Source: Octopus bimaculoides (taxonomy: Eukaryota). Taken from it: a DNA stretch of 64,000 nt. Position 1 is the stretch's first letter, and each line of letters starts with the position of its first letter. The translations under genes were made by a program, and so were the position numbers. Positions 63,233-64,000 of the stretch are shown here, one piece after another. A model generated the notes under the pieces. That model was not told the origin of the DNA, searched no databases, and saw only the letters and a list, made by a program, of their open reading frames with translations. Location: positions 67,513,595 to 67,577,594 of the forward strand of contig NC_068992.1 in assembly GCF_001194135.2 (NCBI RefSeq). Direction: 5' to 3'.

Positions 63233-64000
63233 GTGTTTTTCCCATGTATAAAAGGTTAAAAATCATGGGAACAAATTCAAAAAACTTGTGAAACATTGTT
63301 GAATTGAATGAAGTGTGTTTCAATAAAAACCGTAAAGGAAATCGATAGCTCCCAGAGCTAAGTAGCAAGCGCTAATTATGTTAATAAGCAACACTCAGTA
63401 AATATACGAAAGAATACTGTTTGGGTTCCTATGTTTAATTCTTAAGAGTGATAATAACTAGAAAGCGTTCATTGAGGGACCAAACTGACGGAAATATTGG
63501 TGATCGATCGCTGAGAATGTCGCGAGATGAGCACAAACAAATCTAAGGGCATTATTTTAAGTGTCCCCTTCTTCAATTGTTATTATCGTTATCGAATATA
63601 AAGATAAATATAAATGCACAATGTATGGAAAACAAATATTAATAATGGTCTGTTAATGGACAACTTTTTTGCCCCTTAATATTATTCTGAAAATGAAGTA
63701 TAGATGCATTAAATTTACTGCTATAAACCTATTTTCGTGAAATGTTAGGATGTAACCTTAAGCAATTATTTCTATTTTCATTCACTACAGTTCAAGATTG
63801 CCAATGGAAAATTAAACACCAACATTCTGTATAGTATGTCAACTAACAGATTACAGTAGACATGTCTAATTTATTCATGTATGTTACTAAATATGACCAA
63901 GAAATCGATTTCAACCTATCGTAGTATCGTTGGTCTCAACGTCTTTAACAATAAAAATAGTATATACATACATACATAGTTATTTACATATATACATAGT

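Overview
AT-rich, repeat-saturated eukaryotic DNA with three assembly gaps (27580-28292, 32673-32682, 36460-37084). The SINE families, retroelement relics and TA/CA/AAT microsatellites look like an octopus (coleoid cephalopod) genome; this is recognition from memory, not a database result. No intact protein-coding gene, rRNA, bona fide tRNA gene or CRISPR array can be supported. The window is mostly decayed mobile DNA: a near full-length L1/Tx1-type LINE lacking its RT core, several R4/Dong-type elements in (TAA)n tracts, RTE LINEs, a Penelope-like GIY-YIG relic, a mariner 3' end and at least three tRNA-derived SINE families. The most interesting signal is a ~300-nt non-coding element made of a tRNA-like Pol III head, an (AAT)n spacer and a minimal type I hammerhead ribozyme with palindromic stem III. 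It occurs at two loci 61 kb apart (950-1276 and 62473-62900), both times as an inverted head-to-head structure. A second hammerhead-core motif lies at 33169-33201, with a related motif at 37173-37201. Stop-depleted minus-strand frames at 19009-20613 may be relics or exons of an unidentified membrane or secreted protein gene.
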